From the NCBI GenBank assembly GCA_964016885.1, contig OZ024743.1, positions 352,842,001 to 352,906,000 of the forward strand: a stretch of DNA of 64,000 nt. Direction: 5' to 3'. Both the position numbers and the translations under genes were made by a program. Below the pieces are notes generated by a model. That model was given only the letters and a program-made list of their open reading frames with translations. It did not search any database and was not told the origin of the DNA. This DNA is from Eledone cirrhosa (taxonomy: Eukaryota). This document shows positions 13,696 to 25,597 of this stretch, one piece after another; within the stretch, counting starts at the first letter, position 1; every line of letters starts with the position of its first letter.

Positions 13696-13975
13696 TGTGG
13701 GTATGGTGTGGCGTGCGGTGGCCGGAGGCGGGGGAGTGCTCGACCGGAAGGGGTTTTTGAGTGCTCGACCGGAAGGGGTTTTTGGCCGGAAGGATGCTCG
13801 ACCGGAAGGGCCAGCAGAGGGCCTCTCTCTCGTGGTGACCAGCACACGGTGTGGACGCGAGTTTTGGGCAGCTCCCGGTGTTAAGCAGTCGGACGCACGT
13901 GGAAGAGGAGTACCTGCAGTGGTATTTAGCGGCGCCTGTGAAAAGCGGTAAGTGAGATAGATTTTTATAACTACA
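13696..13975 (+). repeat. 5' LTR (280 bp) with internal TGCTCGACCGGAAGGG repeats
   Basis: 13745-13975 matches 16048-16276 with only a few differences; ends ACTACA. Confidence 0.92.
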
Positions 13976-14049
13976 AGCTATTTCGGCGACTGAAAAAAAA
14001 AAAAAAAAAAAAAAAAAAAGAAAACACTTGCCGCAAAACAAATCAGAAG

Positions 14050-14811
14050 ATGGCGACAAGACTACGGATGAACGAAGCTATCAGGGCATTCACCGGGGAA
14101 GGTGGTGTTGTCGCTTGGCTGCGGAATGTTCGGCTGGTCGCAAGCTTGCAGAAGATAGAAGACGTGGCCGGCCTCATGGCATTGTACCTCGAGGGCGACG
14201 CGCTGGTACTCTTCCTTGAGTTGGACGAGCACAACCAAAGACATGTGCAGAAGATTGAGAGGCGTCTGATGGATGCATTCGCCGAGGGACCGTTGGCGGC
14301 TTTTGCTAAGCTGGCGAGAATCAGGTGGAATGGTGAGCGCATCGACATTTTCGCAGCGGAAATAAGGCGGTTGGCTATGTTGGCCGGTTACCAGTCGGAA
14401 TGCGAACGCACGGTGCGGTTGGCGTTCGTCAATGGATTTCCGGACGACATAGCGGTGAAACTGCAGCAAGTCCCGGGGTATAAAGAGATGGAAATGCGTT
14501 CACTGGTGGAACAAGCCCGGATCATAGCGGAAGATGCCAAAAATAGTGTTGCGGCGATAGCGACTACGGAGGCTCAGGACACCTGGCAGCGAAATGGTGA
14601 AAGGGAGGCAACCTCGGCACGCGGCCGTCCGCGTGAGTTTAGGGGGCGCTGTTTTAGGTGCCAGGGCCCGCATATGGCTAGAGACTGTAGAGAGTCGAAG
14701 CCGGAGATAATTTGCTACCGGTGTAAGCGACCAGGCCACATCGCTACTAACTGCGACCAGGGAAACGATCCAAGGGGAACTACTGCGCCGGTAGTTGCCC
14801 CTTACGAGTAG
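14050..14811 (+). CDS. gag: Gag polyprotein with two CCHC zinc knuckles (253 aa, intact)
   Basis: CFRCQGPHMARDC and CYRCKRPGHIATNC near the C-terminus; ORF follows the 5' LTR. Confidence 0.92.
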   Translation: MATRLRMNEAIRAFTGEGGVVAWLRNVRLVASLQKIEDVAGLMALYLEGDALVLFLELDEHNQRHVQKIERRLMDAFAEGPLAAFAKLARIRWNGERIDIFAAEIRRLAMLAGYQSECERTVRLAFVNGFPDDIAVKLQQVPGYKEMEMRSLVEQARIIAEDAKNSVAAIATTEAQDTWQRNGEREATSARGRPREFRGRCFRCQGPHMARDCRESKPEIICYRCKRPGHIATNCDQGNDPRGTTAPVVAPYE

Positions 14812-14817
14812 CGGCGC
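14760..14817 (+). promoter_or_regulatory. -1 programmed ribosomal frameshift signal (slippery heptamer plus pseudoknot)
   Basis: G GGA AAC is in the gag frame and the -1 frame is the protease frame. Stem AAGGGGAACTACT/GGTAGTTGCCCCTT; loop GCGCC pairs with GGCGC at 14813-14817. Confidence 0.8.
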
Positions 14818-16047
14818 TGCCCGTGGTGGAAGTCTTCGTGAGGGGGAAGCCACAGCGAGCCCTCGTGGATATGGGCTGTACGACGACACTGGTGACCGCG
14901 GGGGTGGCGCAAAGGTGGTGAGGGAAGAGCAGCGTAAGGGCAGTCGACGGCAGGAAAATTGAATGCCGAGGTCGCAGCGAGATGGAAATAGCGGTACGGG
15001 GAAGGACGATAGGGCTTTCCGCCATCGTGGTAGACAGTGTGGTGGGTGGGATCGGCGTGGTTATGGGCATGGACGCGATTGGCCGTCTAGGGGGCGTCAC
15101 GGTGAACAATGTCGGTGTGTCGTTTGGCGCCGCTGCATCGGTATGCGCTGTGAGTGCACGTCATGAGAACCAGAAGGCCCACGAGGAGGAATACCCCGCT
15201 TACACTGTACAGGACAAAGACTTCAAGGCCGTGTTTGATGGGCAGCGATGGGTTGTTGAGTGGTACTGGAAGGGAGAACCACCAACACTGAAGACCAAAG
15301 TGGGCTGCTATCAACACACATTGAAGGGAAACGCGAGGAGCGAGAAGTAGAGAGATGGATCGAAGAGGGCATACTGCTTCCCTGGAAGGAGGAGGTGAAG
15401 TGCGGAGTATTGCCGTTGATGGCGGTGGTGCAACCCACGAAGAGCAAGGTGAGGCCGGTGCTGGACTATCGGGAGCTGAACGAGCACGTGTCATGCCACA
15501 CGGGTGGCGAGGTCACGGATGTCTGTGGGGAAACCCTGCGTGAGTGGAGACGCATGACGAGGGGTTCAGCGATCGTGGATCTAAAGTCGGCTTACTTGCA
15601 GTTGCATATAGATGAGAAGCTCTGGCGGTATCAGCTGGTCAGTTATAAGGGCCGGACATATTGCCTGACCAGGCTCGGTTTCGGGCTGAGCTCCGCACCG
15701 AAGATCATGGCGGCGGTCCTCAAGACCGCTCTGGGGAGGGCCGACAAGATAAAGAGGGCTACTAACTCCTATATTGACGACATCCTAGTGGACGAGTCGG
15801 TGGTGTCGACGGCGGAGGTATGGACTGACTGCGAAGCCATCAGAAGCATTGGAGGGAGGAGCCGCGCTGGGACTTAGGCTATGGCGAGATAAGACGGGCG
15901 TTTTGGTGTTCCAGAGGGGAAACGAAGTTCCGGAACTGGGCCCAAGTATGAATAGGCGGGAGCTTTTCTCGGTGTGTGGAAAGCTGGTGGGTCACTACCC
16001 GATCGCTGGGTGGCTCCGGACGGCATGCAGCTATGTCAAGAGACGAG
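14760..16047 (+). pseudogene. pol: pol (protease, RT), disrupted; most of RNase H and all of integrase missing
   Basis: ALVDMGCTTTLV protease motif (DTG altered) followed by an in-frame TGA; RT motifs VRPVLDYRELN, VDLKSAYLQ, RLGFGLSSAP and SYIDDILV; several frameshifts. Confidence 0.9.
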
Positions 16048-16276
16048 CGGAAGGGGTTTTTGAGTGCTCGACCGGAAGGGGTTTTTGGCCGGAAGGATGC
16101 TCGACCGGAAGGGCCAGCAGAGGGCCTCTCTCTCGTGGTGACCAGCACACGGTGTGGACGCGAGTTTTGGGCAGCTCCCGGTGTTAAGCAGTCGGACGCA
16201 CGTGGAAGAGGAGTACCTGCAGTGGAATTTAGCGGCGCCTGTGAAAAGCGGAAAGTGAGATAGTTTTCTAACTACA
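16048..16276 (+). repeat. 3' LTR lacking its first about 49 bp
   Basis: Direct repeat of 13745-13975. Confidence 0.92.
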
Positions 16277-16376
16277 GAGACTTGAACTGAGAAAGTAATA
16301 GCCTAAGACATACTGATAACCTTTTGTTCGCCACTCTAATGACTTTGCCAATCCACCGGCCCACTTGACTAATAAT

Positions 16377-16560
16377 TGTTTCTACTTTAGGCACAAGGCC
16401 AGCAAATACCCAGTGCATTACTGGTACTTTATTTTATCGACCCCGTAAGGAGGAAAGGCAAAGTCAACCTCGGCGGGATTTGAACTCAGATCGTAAAGGG
16501 ACGTAACTATGCTGGAAAGCATGGCGTCCGACCCTCTACCGATACTGCCAATCTACCGCC
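16377..16560 (-). mobile_element. full-length Nin-type tRNA SINE with TSD
   Basis: A and B boxes on the minus strand; flanked by CTTGACTAATAAT (16364-16376 and 16561-16573). Confidence 0.9.
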
Positions 16561-16660
16561 CTTGACTAATAATAAAAACAGAAATGAAACTCAACTGAAA
16601 CATACATCTTTTATTGGCAGCATGAACCTACCAAACTACATACATAAATATACATACTTT

Positions 16661-17302
16661 CATACATGGTGGCTGCCAACTCGTTTTCGAGTACGGCCAC
16701 TACTTTATATCCATGTAGGAGAACCCCCACCGATGCGCTGAACGAGTGTGACTTCTTAGTCCAGCCAGCGACTTGAAAACTCTGGTACAAACACTACACT
16801 TGTGACAATTATTGACACATAGTGCTGGGCCCATGGTACCATATGACGACAAGTGCAGAGAGATCTCCAGATATAAAGCAATGCCTGTGCCGTGAAACTT
16901 TTATAGTGAGCAAAGGCACTGCACAAAGCCAGTCCCACTCTCTTAACCAAGATGATATTTACCAAAGAGAAGAACAAGTCAACATCATTGGATACCATCA
17001 GAGTTGCAGGTGTTATATCAGAGTGTTCCATCTCCTAGAAGTCTGCCTTGACAAAGGCTAAGGGGTCATCTCTCCCGGTGATTTTGGATGGCCATTGACT
17101 CTTAAGAGCTCCTTGGCCCTTTGACAGGTTTTGTTTTTATTCCTGCAGGATGTCCAAAGTCACCCTCCTCACCAAGAAACCTTGGTGGGGTTGCCAGTTT
17201 AGTCGCCAACGACCCGACCATGAGTCAGGTTGTACTGGGATACATGTTACCACTAGCACCAACTGGTGACCTGACATGTTACCAGTAGCACCAACTGGTG
17301 AC
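16661..17302 (-). mobile_element. non-autonomous bipartite RTE-derived element
   Basis: 3' part encodes CSVCTRVFKSLAGLRSHTRSAHR (C2H2 finger typical of RTE ORF ends) and ends in (TATG)n; no Pol III boxes seen; close copies at 28039-28555 and 57370-57690. Confidence 0.75.
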
Positions 17303-17320
17303 TTTCATACATACGTACAT

Positions 17321-18069
17321 GCATACATGATGGCTGGAACTCGATTTCGAGTAATGCCATCGCTTCGTACTTTAGCATGAGCATTACGGACGAGGCTTTT
17401 TAGTCTTGCTAGGGACTGACCTATGGCCAACAATACCATACATCGCCAAAAATGTCACATATCGAGCGATGCCTGTGCTTGAAGCGTTTTTAACCCTTTA
17501 GCATTCATATTATTCTATATTTACTATTGTATTTCCACAGAAAACGCTTTACCTCACATACATATCTCACATAATATCGAATCTATGAGATTTTGATATT
17601 ATTTATTTTGAGAACAATACCTTAAATTCAATTTGAGGGGCCAGTTATGGATGGTTTGAACAAAAAGAGGTGAGAGAATTCTGGCCTGATACGGCCAATT
17701 TAAATGCTAAAAGGTTAATTGAGAAAGGGCTTTGCACGAAGCCAATCCCACTCACTGAACATCGAATGCATTTAAAGAAAAGTAGAACTGGTCTACATCA
17801 TTGGATGCAAACAAAGTCACATGTTAGATAGATGTCTTAATGAAGACTAGGAGTCTCTCGCTAAAAAAAAAAAGACAAAAAAACCTTATTGGATGGTCGT
17901 TGACTCTCCTGAGTTTCTTCGCCCTTTGTTTTTCATCCCGCAGCGTGTCCAAAATCCTCTCCTCACCGAGCGAGCTTGGTAGGGTTGCCTGTTTAGTCAC
18001 CAACGACATGACCATGCACAGGTTGTACTGGGTTACATGTTACCAGTAGCGTTGATGAGCAGCCTGACA
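17321..18069 (-). mobile_element. older bipartite RTE-derived element, interrupted by a MITE
   Basis: Homologous to 16661-17302 at the 5' end and the extreme 3' end. Confidence 0.65.
17494..17714. mobile_element. piggyBac-type MITE
   Basis: TTAA on both sides; TIR CCCTTTAGCATT / AATGCTAAAAGG; the paralogous element near 18240 shows a single TTAA (empty site). Confidence 0.85.
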
Positions 18070-18080
18070 TATGCATGCAT

Positions 18081-18112
<32 letters not shown>

Positions 18113-18120
<8 letters not shown>

Positions 18121-18763
18121 TGCAAACTCTGCTAAGAGTACTGCAATTGCTTGGAGGATTATAGAGTTTGATGCACTTTTAGGCTACGGTCAGTCACACG
18201 TAACATATCCTGAACAAGCAATGCCTGTGCTTTGAATGTTTTTTAAGTGGGGAAAGGCCTTGCACTCGACCAATCCCACTCTCTGAGCATCGAAAACATT
18301 ACCCGAAAAGGACAACTGGTCAATCAGCGGTTGCTTCTGAAGCTGCCGGTTTTTTTTTTAGACTTTCCCTTTCCCAGGTAAAAAAAAAAAAAAAAAAAGT
18401 ACTATTTGGATGGGTGTTGACTCTGCTGTGCTCCTCCGCCCTTTGCCGGGTCTTGTATTTCATCCTGCAGGGTGTCCAAATATCACCCTCCTCACCAAGC
18501 AGGCTTGGTGGGGTTGCCGGTTTAGTCGCCGACGACCCGACCATCGGACAGGTTGTACTGGGTTACATGTTACCAGTAGCACCGAGAGCGACTTGACACA
18601 TACATATATACATGGTGGCTGCCAACTCGTTTTCGAGTACGGTCACTACTTTATATCCATGTAGGAGAACCCTTACCGATGCGCTGAACAAGTGTGACTT
18701 TTTAGTCCAGCCAGCGACTTGAAAACTCTGGTACAAACACTACACTTGTGACAATTATTGACA
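18113..18763 (-). mobile_element. two more bipartite RTE-derived copies (18113-18598; 3' fragment 18611-18763)
   Basis: Homology to 16661-17302. Confidence 0.7.
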
Positions 18764-18789
18764 TACAAGCATACATAGATACATACATG

Positions 18790-18876
<87 letters not shown>

Positions 18877-20052
18877 CTTATGATAAAATGGAAGTTATTT
18901 TAAGTTTCTTACTTGTAACGAAAACATTTTACTATACAGAAACGGACAGATTTTCAAATTGCAGGAAATTATAAGCTACATTTTAAGGCACTGACATAAT
19001 TTATTGCACTATAGGATTGTCCGGAATCCCGAGAGGAAGGCCGATTTCAGCTAGGAAACCTGGATTACGCAGAAATACTCAATATAAGAAACCTTAGTTG
19101 TAACAGTAGAAAAGGTATATAAAGAGTGAGAGAGCAAAAGAAAGAGGAGTCAAGATGTCTGTAGACCATTACATATCAATGCTACAACTATTAGAACTAA
19201 CTAGAGTCAATCCTCTTACAAATCTCGTCCTACTGTCTTGGGAAATGAAAGAACACAATAGACATATTTCTAAAAGATAGGAAGTTCATGGTTCGAATGC
19301 CTTTGCTTTTAGATCAAGGTCAGCTCTATTATGGCTGACCTTGATATAAACAACTACCACTACTTTCATTGAATTATTTTAGCTGTGTGCAAAGCAGCAT
19401 TATGAAGGCGCGGGATTATATATATTGCTTTACACCGAACTTGTACATTCCGTTCACCAGTTATTACAGCAATATCAGAACCTTCCGTCAGTATCGCTTG
19501 CTCTAGCCGTACCAAACACCATTAATGCCACAAAAAAATGTCTAGGTTCTTTTGACTCACACTGTAGCACGCTTTTTCTCTCCACAATCCATGCAACCAC
19601 CACAGGAATTTTACTTGCCACTCTACTCATAATGTAAGAATAAAAATAAAAATAATCCGAATGCAATCACTGTACACTATATTTTCATGCAATCCATTGG
19701 TTTCTGATTTAGGCACAAGGCTAACAATTTTGGGGGAGGGGAAAGTCAATTAAATCGACTCCAGTGCACTTACTGGTACTTTATTTTATCGACCCCGTGA
19801 GGATGAAAGGCAAAGCTAACTTCGGCAGGATTTGAATCAGATCGTAAAGGGATGTAACCTTATGCCATATCGCATGTTGTAATCGAAGGCATTGCCGAGT
19901 AATTTAGAAGGTCACTTCACAATTATGAGGTACCAGGTTCACTCCTACTGTGGGGCATCTTAGGCAAGTGTCTATTACCACATACTCGGGTTGACCCAAA
20001 CTTTATGAGTGAAATTGGGTACACGAACACTTTATCGGATGGACTGTACCTG

Positions 20053-20325
20053 TGTTGTGCGAGAGTACAACGCTCCCCTGGCTAGAATAGGCTGGACCAC
20101 AACATATAAATAGTAGCGGCCTGAGTAAGTGGGGGAAGTTGGTACTAGCTCCACAGTTTGTGTTGATAATCAAAGCTGGAGTTCAAGTTCACAGTTCGAG
20201 TTAGCATGTTGGATTATTGGTTATTAAAAGATTATTGTTCCATTAAGTGTGGTTATTGCCGTTTGTTTCGATTATATTGTTATTGCACTGTTGCAGTGTA
20301 TTGGTTTATCTATAAGGGCATAACA
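20053..20325 (+). mobile_element. solo LTR (273 bp) inside a SINE
   Basis: TGTTGTGC...GCATAACA inverted termini, ACCTG TSD (20048-20052 and 20326-20330), TATAAATA box and ATTAAA signal. Confidence 0.85.
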
Positions 20326-20984
20326 ACCTGCAATTCGAAGGACGAGCCTACACGGTCATGCCGATTCTCTTTGGAAATTATGTTAATGGTACACATGTCT
20401 GTAGAATACTCAACCCTTCACGTGCTAATTCAATGTGTAAGCCGTTCCAGTGATCTAACAATTGGAACACCCATTCTTGTAATCGACTGAAATTCGTTTA
20501 CACTTTATTTCCACCCTTACACCGAATTCATTCTCCCATACACACTAACGACTACAGACTACAGAAATTACAATTCAAATTATAATTTATCATAAACGTT
20601 ATAATTATAACCCCTACACCTTTACACCTCTTTAGCTTCTCCTTGAACGAACCTGTCTGTTCCCACATCAACTCCCTAACCGCCAACTACACAGTAAGGT
20701 ACAACCCCCACTTCCCGATGAACTAAGGAGACAGGCAAATCCTCTTCACTGAAAATATCTAGGTGAATTTTAGGTTACAGAAAGGTCAGCGAAACAGTTT
20801 CAATCAGACGGAGCCCTATTTTTGTTTTGTGCTTGTTGTTGCATCTCCCCAGCATGTTACCTTTGAAAAGAGATATAACAAAGGGAGTCATATTATTATA
20901 GCACTATTTAATAATCCTATTCCTTTAAGTTTGTCACTACATTGAATATTTCATTACACAGCAAAATAATTTAAAAAGAAAAAA

Positions 20985-21170
20985 AAGCTCGAGTCACTCG
21001 AACCGCTAGAAATAGCAGCTGAATCTTCCTCAAATAATACCTTAAAAAAAGGAAGACATACTGGATAGCGTAGATATACTATGATTAGAAAAATAGACAC
21101 GATGGCCATATCTGGAATGCCATTGATCATACGTCCGCTCAAATTAGGTGGCCCTGGGGCTAAACAACAA
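20985..21170 (+). mobile_element. short interspersed repeat ending GGGGCTAAACAACAAC
   Basis: CTAGAAATAGCAGC...GGAATGCC.TTGATCATA...GGGGCTAAACAACAA. Diverged copies at about 19170-19355, 33310-33515, 34820-35295 (two), 36300-36500, 49310-49510 and 58700-59225 (split by a MITE). Confidence 0.7.
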
Positions 21171-21224
21171 TTTCAAAATAGTTAGCCCTGATTTTATTTA
21201 TTATATATTTAGACATTTTCTCAA

Positions 21225-23780
21225 ACCCCCGGGTTTAAGAAAGTATCTGATTGGTGACTGGCGCGAAAAAGACCACCAAAAATGCAATATGGTGAGAGGT
21301 ATGAAAAAGAACCATACCGATGCGTTCAGGCCTTAGGTAGACGGCCCGAAAAATATATTTCAATCTCCATTTCAACTCGAAAAAAACTGGCGATGGGCCT
21401 GCGACCTGTCCTAGGAGGCGTGGGATGGATGCACAAAGATTGCATATCCCGAGACTCCAAAGAAGTTCAGCAAATCTTGACAATTGGAACCTGGAATATC
21501 ACAAACCTTACAGGTAAGGACCAGGAAGTAGTGAAAAGGCTAGATACTACCTGTTAGATATAGTCGGGGTTTCCTCAACAAAGTTCCATGACTCTGATAC
21601 TGTAGATTTGAGTAGAGGATGGAAACTCCACTATTCAGTTGTGACGCCAGAAATGATTGCACAGGCAGAGGTGGGGATACTCACAAGACTCTGACTGTCA
21701 GAATGTGTTATGGACTGGATCCCATTAAGAGGGAGGATTTGCCTCTCGAAGCTTAGGTAGATAGATAGGTCTCTGTGTGTGGTGTAAGTTTATTCAACAA
21801 ATTAGTAGTCCGAATATAGATTCCTCCTTCATGAAGTCACTGCAGCGTTAGATATAGTTAAGACTGAGTCATATATCCTGATGGAAGACTTCAACGCACA
21901 TGTTGGCACTGACCATCTGATATGGAAAGTTATTTGCAGCTTGAGACTACATAAAGCCAAAGAAGCCCTCAACACTAGCAGGCCCAGTGCGACCTACAGA
22001 ATAAAATGAGAAGCGTTGGTGAATAAGGAAATCAGGAATAGATATGCAAATATTATCGCATCCAAATTCAGCGAACTCCCTGAGGAAACTGAGGACGTTG
22101 AAACAAAATGGTGATTGTTTAGCTCAGAGTTTCTGCTCCAGCTGTTAAATGCTGCGGGCGAAAGAGGCTTGGTGTGGCGCCGGATAGCAAGAAGAACCCT
22201 TGGTTCGATCAAGAGGTCAAAGATGCCATCCAAGCAAAGAAGGAGGTCTTCAAAGCTTGGCTTGGAAATAAGTCCTCCTTCTTGCACTTGCGGTACAAGT
22301 AGGTAGGAACATTCGCAGCAGAGACAGCAAAGGAGTCCAAAGTTAAACATTGGGGTTAAGCCGGAATCCGACTTCAGATCAGCAAATAAAGTGTTCTGGC
22401 AGACCATCCGCCGACTTCATAATAAGAAGTCCTCCACCACACTTGCTATCAGGAACGCATCTAAGGGGTTCTCTCTTTAGAGAAGTGCATCCTCGTAAGG
22501 TGGAGAGAATAATTTGCTGATCTCCTAAGGCCGGTCACAGAAGCATCTCCTGATATGCAAGGTGTATCTGGGAGCGGTCTCTAATTTCTCAGAGGCTGAG
22601 ATCACAAGAACAGTTAAAGCGCTCAAATGTGGCAAGGTCGCTGGGGAAGACGAAATCCCGCCTGAGATGTTAAAAGCCTTAAATAGAGAAGGTATTCTCT
22701 GGTTGACTCGTGTGTGTCGGCTGGCCTGGATCTTTGGAAAGTCATCTAAGCAATGGCAATCGGGAGTGCTAATCCCAATATTCAAAAAGGGAGACAAGAG
22801 GGATTGTTCCAATTACAGAGAGATCTCCTTGCTCAGCCTCCCTGGTAAAGTCTATGCTCAGTGTCTGGCAAAGAGATGTAGGGAGATTGTCAGGTCCAAG
22901 ATGAACAGTGCGGTTTTCGCCCCAGATTCAAGAGTCGACCAAATATTCATACTGCGGCAGGTCTTCGGGAAATCGTGGGAGTATTGCCAAGATGTATATT
23001 CTTGTTGTGTCAACCTCGAAAAGGCATATGACCACGTTCCTCGGGGCCTAATGCTGAAGGCTCTGCAGGAGTATGGGATCGATGATCAGCTTCTTGTAGC
23101 CCTGATGTCTCTTTATGAATGCCCGAGTATTTGTCCTCGAATAAATGGTGCTAAATCGAAACAATTCAACGTGCTTACTATTACCTCTCCTCTTCCTTAT
23201 TTTCATAAACATGATTGACATGCACAGCTTGGCTGGAAATGGTATCACGACTGGCAGGAGTAAAATCAATCGGTTGGAATTTGCAGACGACATGGTGTTA
23301 CTTAGATCGACAGAAGGTGATCTCCGATTTGCACTCAATAGGTTTGATGCCGAGTGCTGCATGGCTGGAATGAAAATCAATGCTGCGAAAACTGAGACAC
23401 TCGTGCTATCAAGGAAGCCTGCGCAGTGCACACTACATGTGAATGGAGTTCAACTGAAGCAGGTAGAGAAGTTCAAGTATCTTGGGGCCGCGTTCAAGAG
23501 TGATAGAAGGCAGGAGGCTGAATTAAGTGCAAGAATAGCAGGAGCTGGTGCAGTAATGCATTAGCTTCAGTATTCAGTAATCAGAAGAAGGGAGGTAGAT
23601 GTAAAAGCTAAACTCGTTATCCTCAATTCGGTATTCGTGCCAACCCTTACCTATGGTCATGAATCTTGGGCAATGTCCAAAAGAATACGATCGCGAATAC
23701 AAGCGGCCGAAATGCGGTTCGTCCGAAGGGTCTTTGGAGTAACATTACTCGATAGAGTGTGTAGCTCAGAGATCAGAGAT
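21225..23780 (+). mobile_element. RTE-clade LINE (second family), near full length, many stops and deletions
   Basis: APE start LTIGTWNITNL; RT motifs GKVAGEDEIPPEML, CSNYREISLLSLPGKVYA, NLEKAYDHV, EFADD, FKYLG and PTLTYGHESW. Confidence 0.92.
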
Positions 23781-24673
23781 CATAGCTCCGGTACTAGCCG
23801 AATCAAATGTGAAAAAATCCACCAGGAAATGTACAAGCTTGTACATTAGCTGACATAAGAAACTAGAATTGCTTAGAGAATAAATCATTCAGAGAAGTTA
23901 ACCACATGTAAAAACAGTAAAGTTAGTTTTAACACAGATTTCTCCTCAGTGGTTGATACTGATAAATACACATACATTCATGCATCGACATGTACATACA
24001 CATGCATTTACACACACGCATGCATTCACGGAGATATATACACTCTATGCACACGCATACAACACAGATTTTAATTTATAGCTGCAATTTGATAAGCTGG
24101 CTAATCAGGAATGTTATATTTATATATATAGTTGTTAAAGCCTGTCTAGGTCGTCATGTTCTGTCTGATCATCTCAGCCTACCACCATTAACTGTCACAG
24201 ACAAATCGGGTCAATAGTGAATCATCCATCCAATAAATAAAGATGTTGGTTCGTATCACCTTACCTGTGAAACGAGGACGAGACGCTATCTCAGACATTT
24301 GCAAATCAGCATGCGACACTATGATTGTTGTGAAGACACGTTACTCATTGGATAGGGTTTTCAGATTATTATCGAATGGTCAGGACTCCAATTCCTTGTG
24401 ATGTGTTTTGTCCTTGAGCAAGATACTTTATTTCACGACGCTCCATTCTGCTCAATTGATAAAAATGAGTTGCGACGACACTAGTGCCAAGATATTGCCC
24501 TACACTGTCACGCTGAATATCCCTGAGAGCTATGTTAAGGGTAAGTGTATATGGAATGCTCAGCCACTCGCACATTAATTCCCGAGCAAGCTGTGCCGAT
24601 GTTTGAACAACTGATTGAGGTCCAAAACACACACGCGCGCTCTCTCTCACACACACACACACACACACGCGCG

Positions 24674-24762
<89 letters not shown>

Positions 24763-25002
24763 TAACAGTGATTAATTCTATTCTTTTAGCTTGGTGTGTC
24801 GAAATTATATTTTATATTTTTTAAAATAACCATGTCAACAAATTGTTAACAGATATGGCTGAGTGGCTAAGAAGTTTGTCTCGCAATTATAAGATCCCAG
24901 GTTCGATATCACTTTAGCAGGTAGGAAATCTGTAATCAACGACGCTATAGCTCACAAATTGCGATATAGGATAAATAAACAAAACAATATTTTTGTCTAT
25001 AA

Positions 25003-25597
25003 TCTATATACTACTAAAATTCTATTATTGCTTGCTTGCTTGTCTGTAATGTAATACAGCCAAAATGGTGCATAATTTGAAAATACTTTGAAAGAAAGTT
25101 GACCCTGAAATGGGGATACAAATGGAATAAAACAAGTTTCACGCAAATTGGTGGACGGGTTCCCGAGATATGGGGTTTTTCCGGGTATCTTCATAAACAG
25201 AGAGAGAGAGAGTGAGTGTAGAGAGTAGATTTGAAGAGAGACATAGAGAGAGGGACAGGAGACAGAGAAGGAGAATGGAAGAGAGAAAGAGAGCGCGAGC
25301 TGGTGTTGTGTATAAATATATGTGAGTGTGTATGTATATATGTGTGTGTGTGTGTGTCTATGACCAGTGTATATAGATCACAGACACCCACATATATATA
25401 TATACACACACACATACATATACACACACACACATTTATATATATACATACACACACATATATATATGGGCCTTCCTGTTTCATTTCACATTATATACAT
25501 GTCTGTGTATATTTTAATTATTTAAAAATTATTTTTAAGTGAACATGATTTTTTAAAAATATTTTGAACGTGACCCAACGGGTCACGGGTGGTCTAG
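25003..25597 (+). mobile_element. non-autonomous Helitron
   Basis: A|TCTATATACTACTAAAA start with a subterminal microsatellite; 3' hairpin CGTGACCC-AAC-GGGTCACG followed by CTAG|T. Confidence 0.85.

Larger units (their letters stand above)
13696..16276 (+). mobile_element. Gypsy-type LTR retrotransposon, internally deleted, inserted into a SINE
   Basis: TG...CA ends, GAGAC target-site duplication (13691-13695 and 16277-16281), gag-PR-RT order, two LTR copies; the flanks rejoin into a Nin-type SINE. Confidence 0.95.

Noticed and set aside
13735-13810. CRISPR-like short repeats (also 40799-40849)
   Set aside because: Tandem units without unique spacers, no cas genes, eukaryotic TE context.
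18480-18598. HDV-like ribozyme in the bipartite element leader
   Set aside because: A P1-like helix is present, but there is no UCC-type L3 or P1.1 GG.
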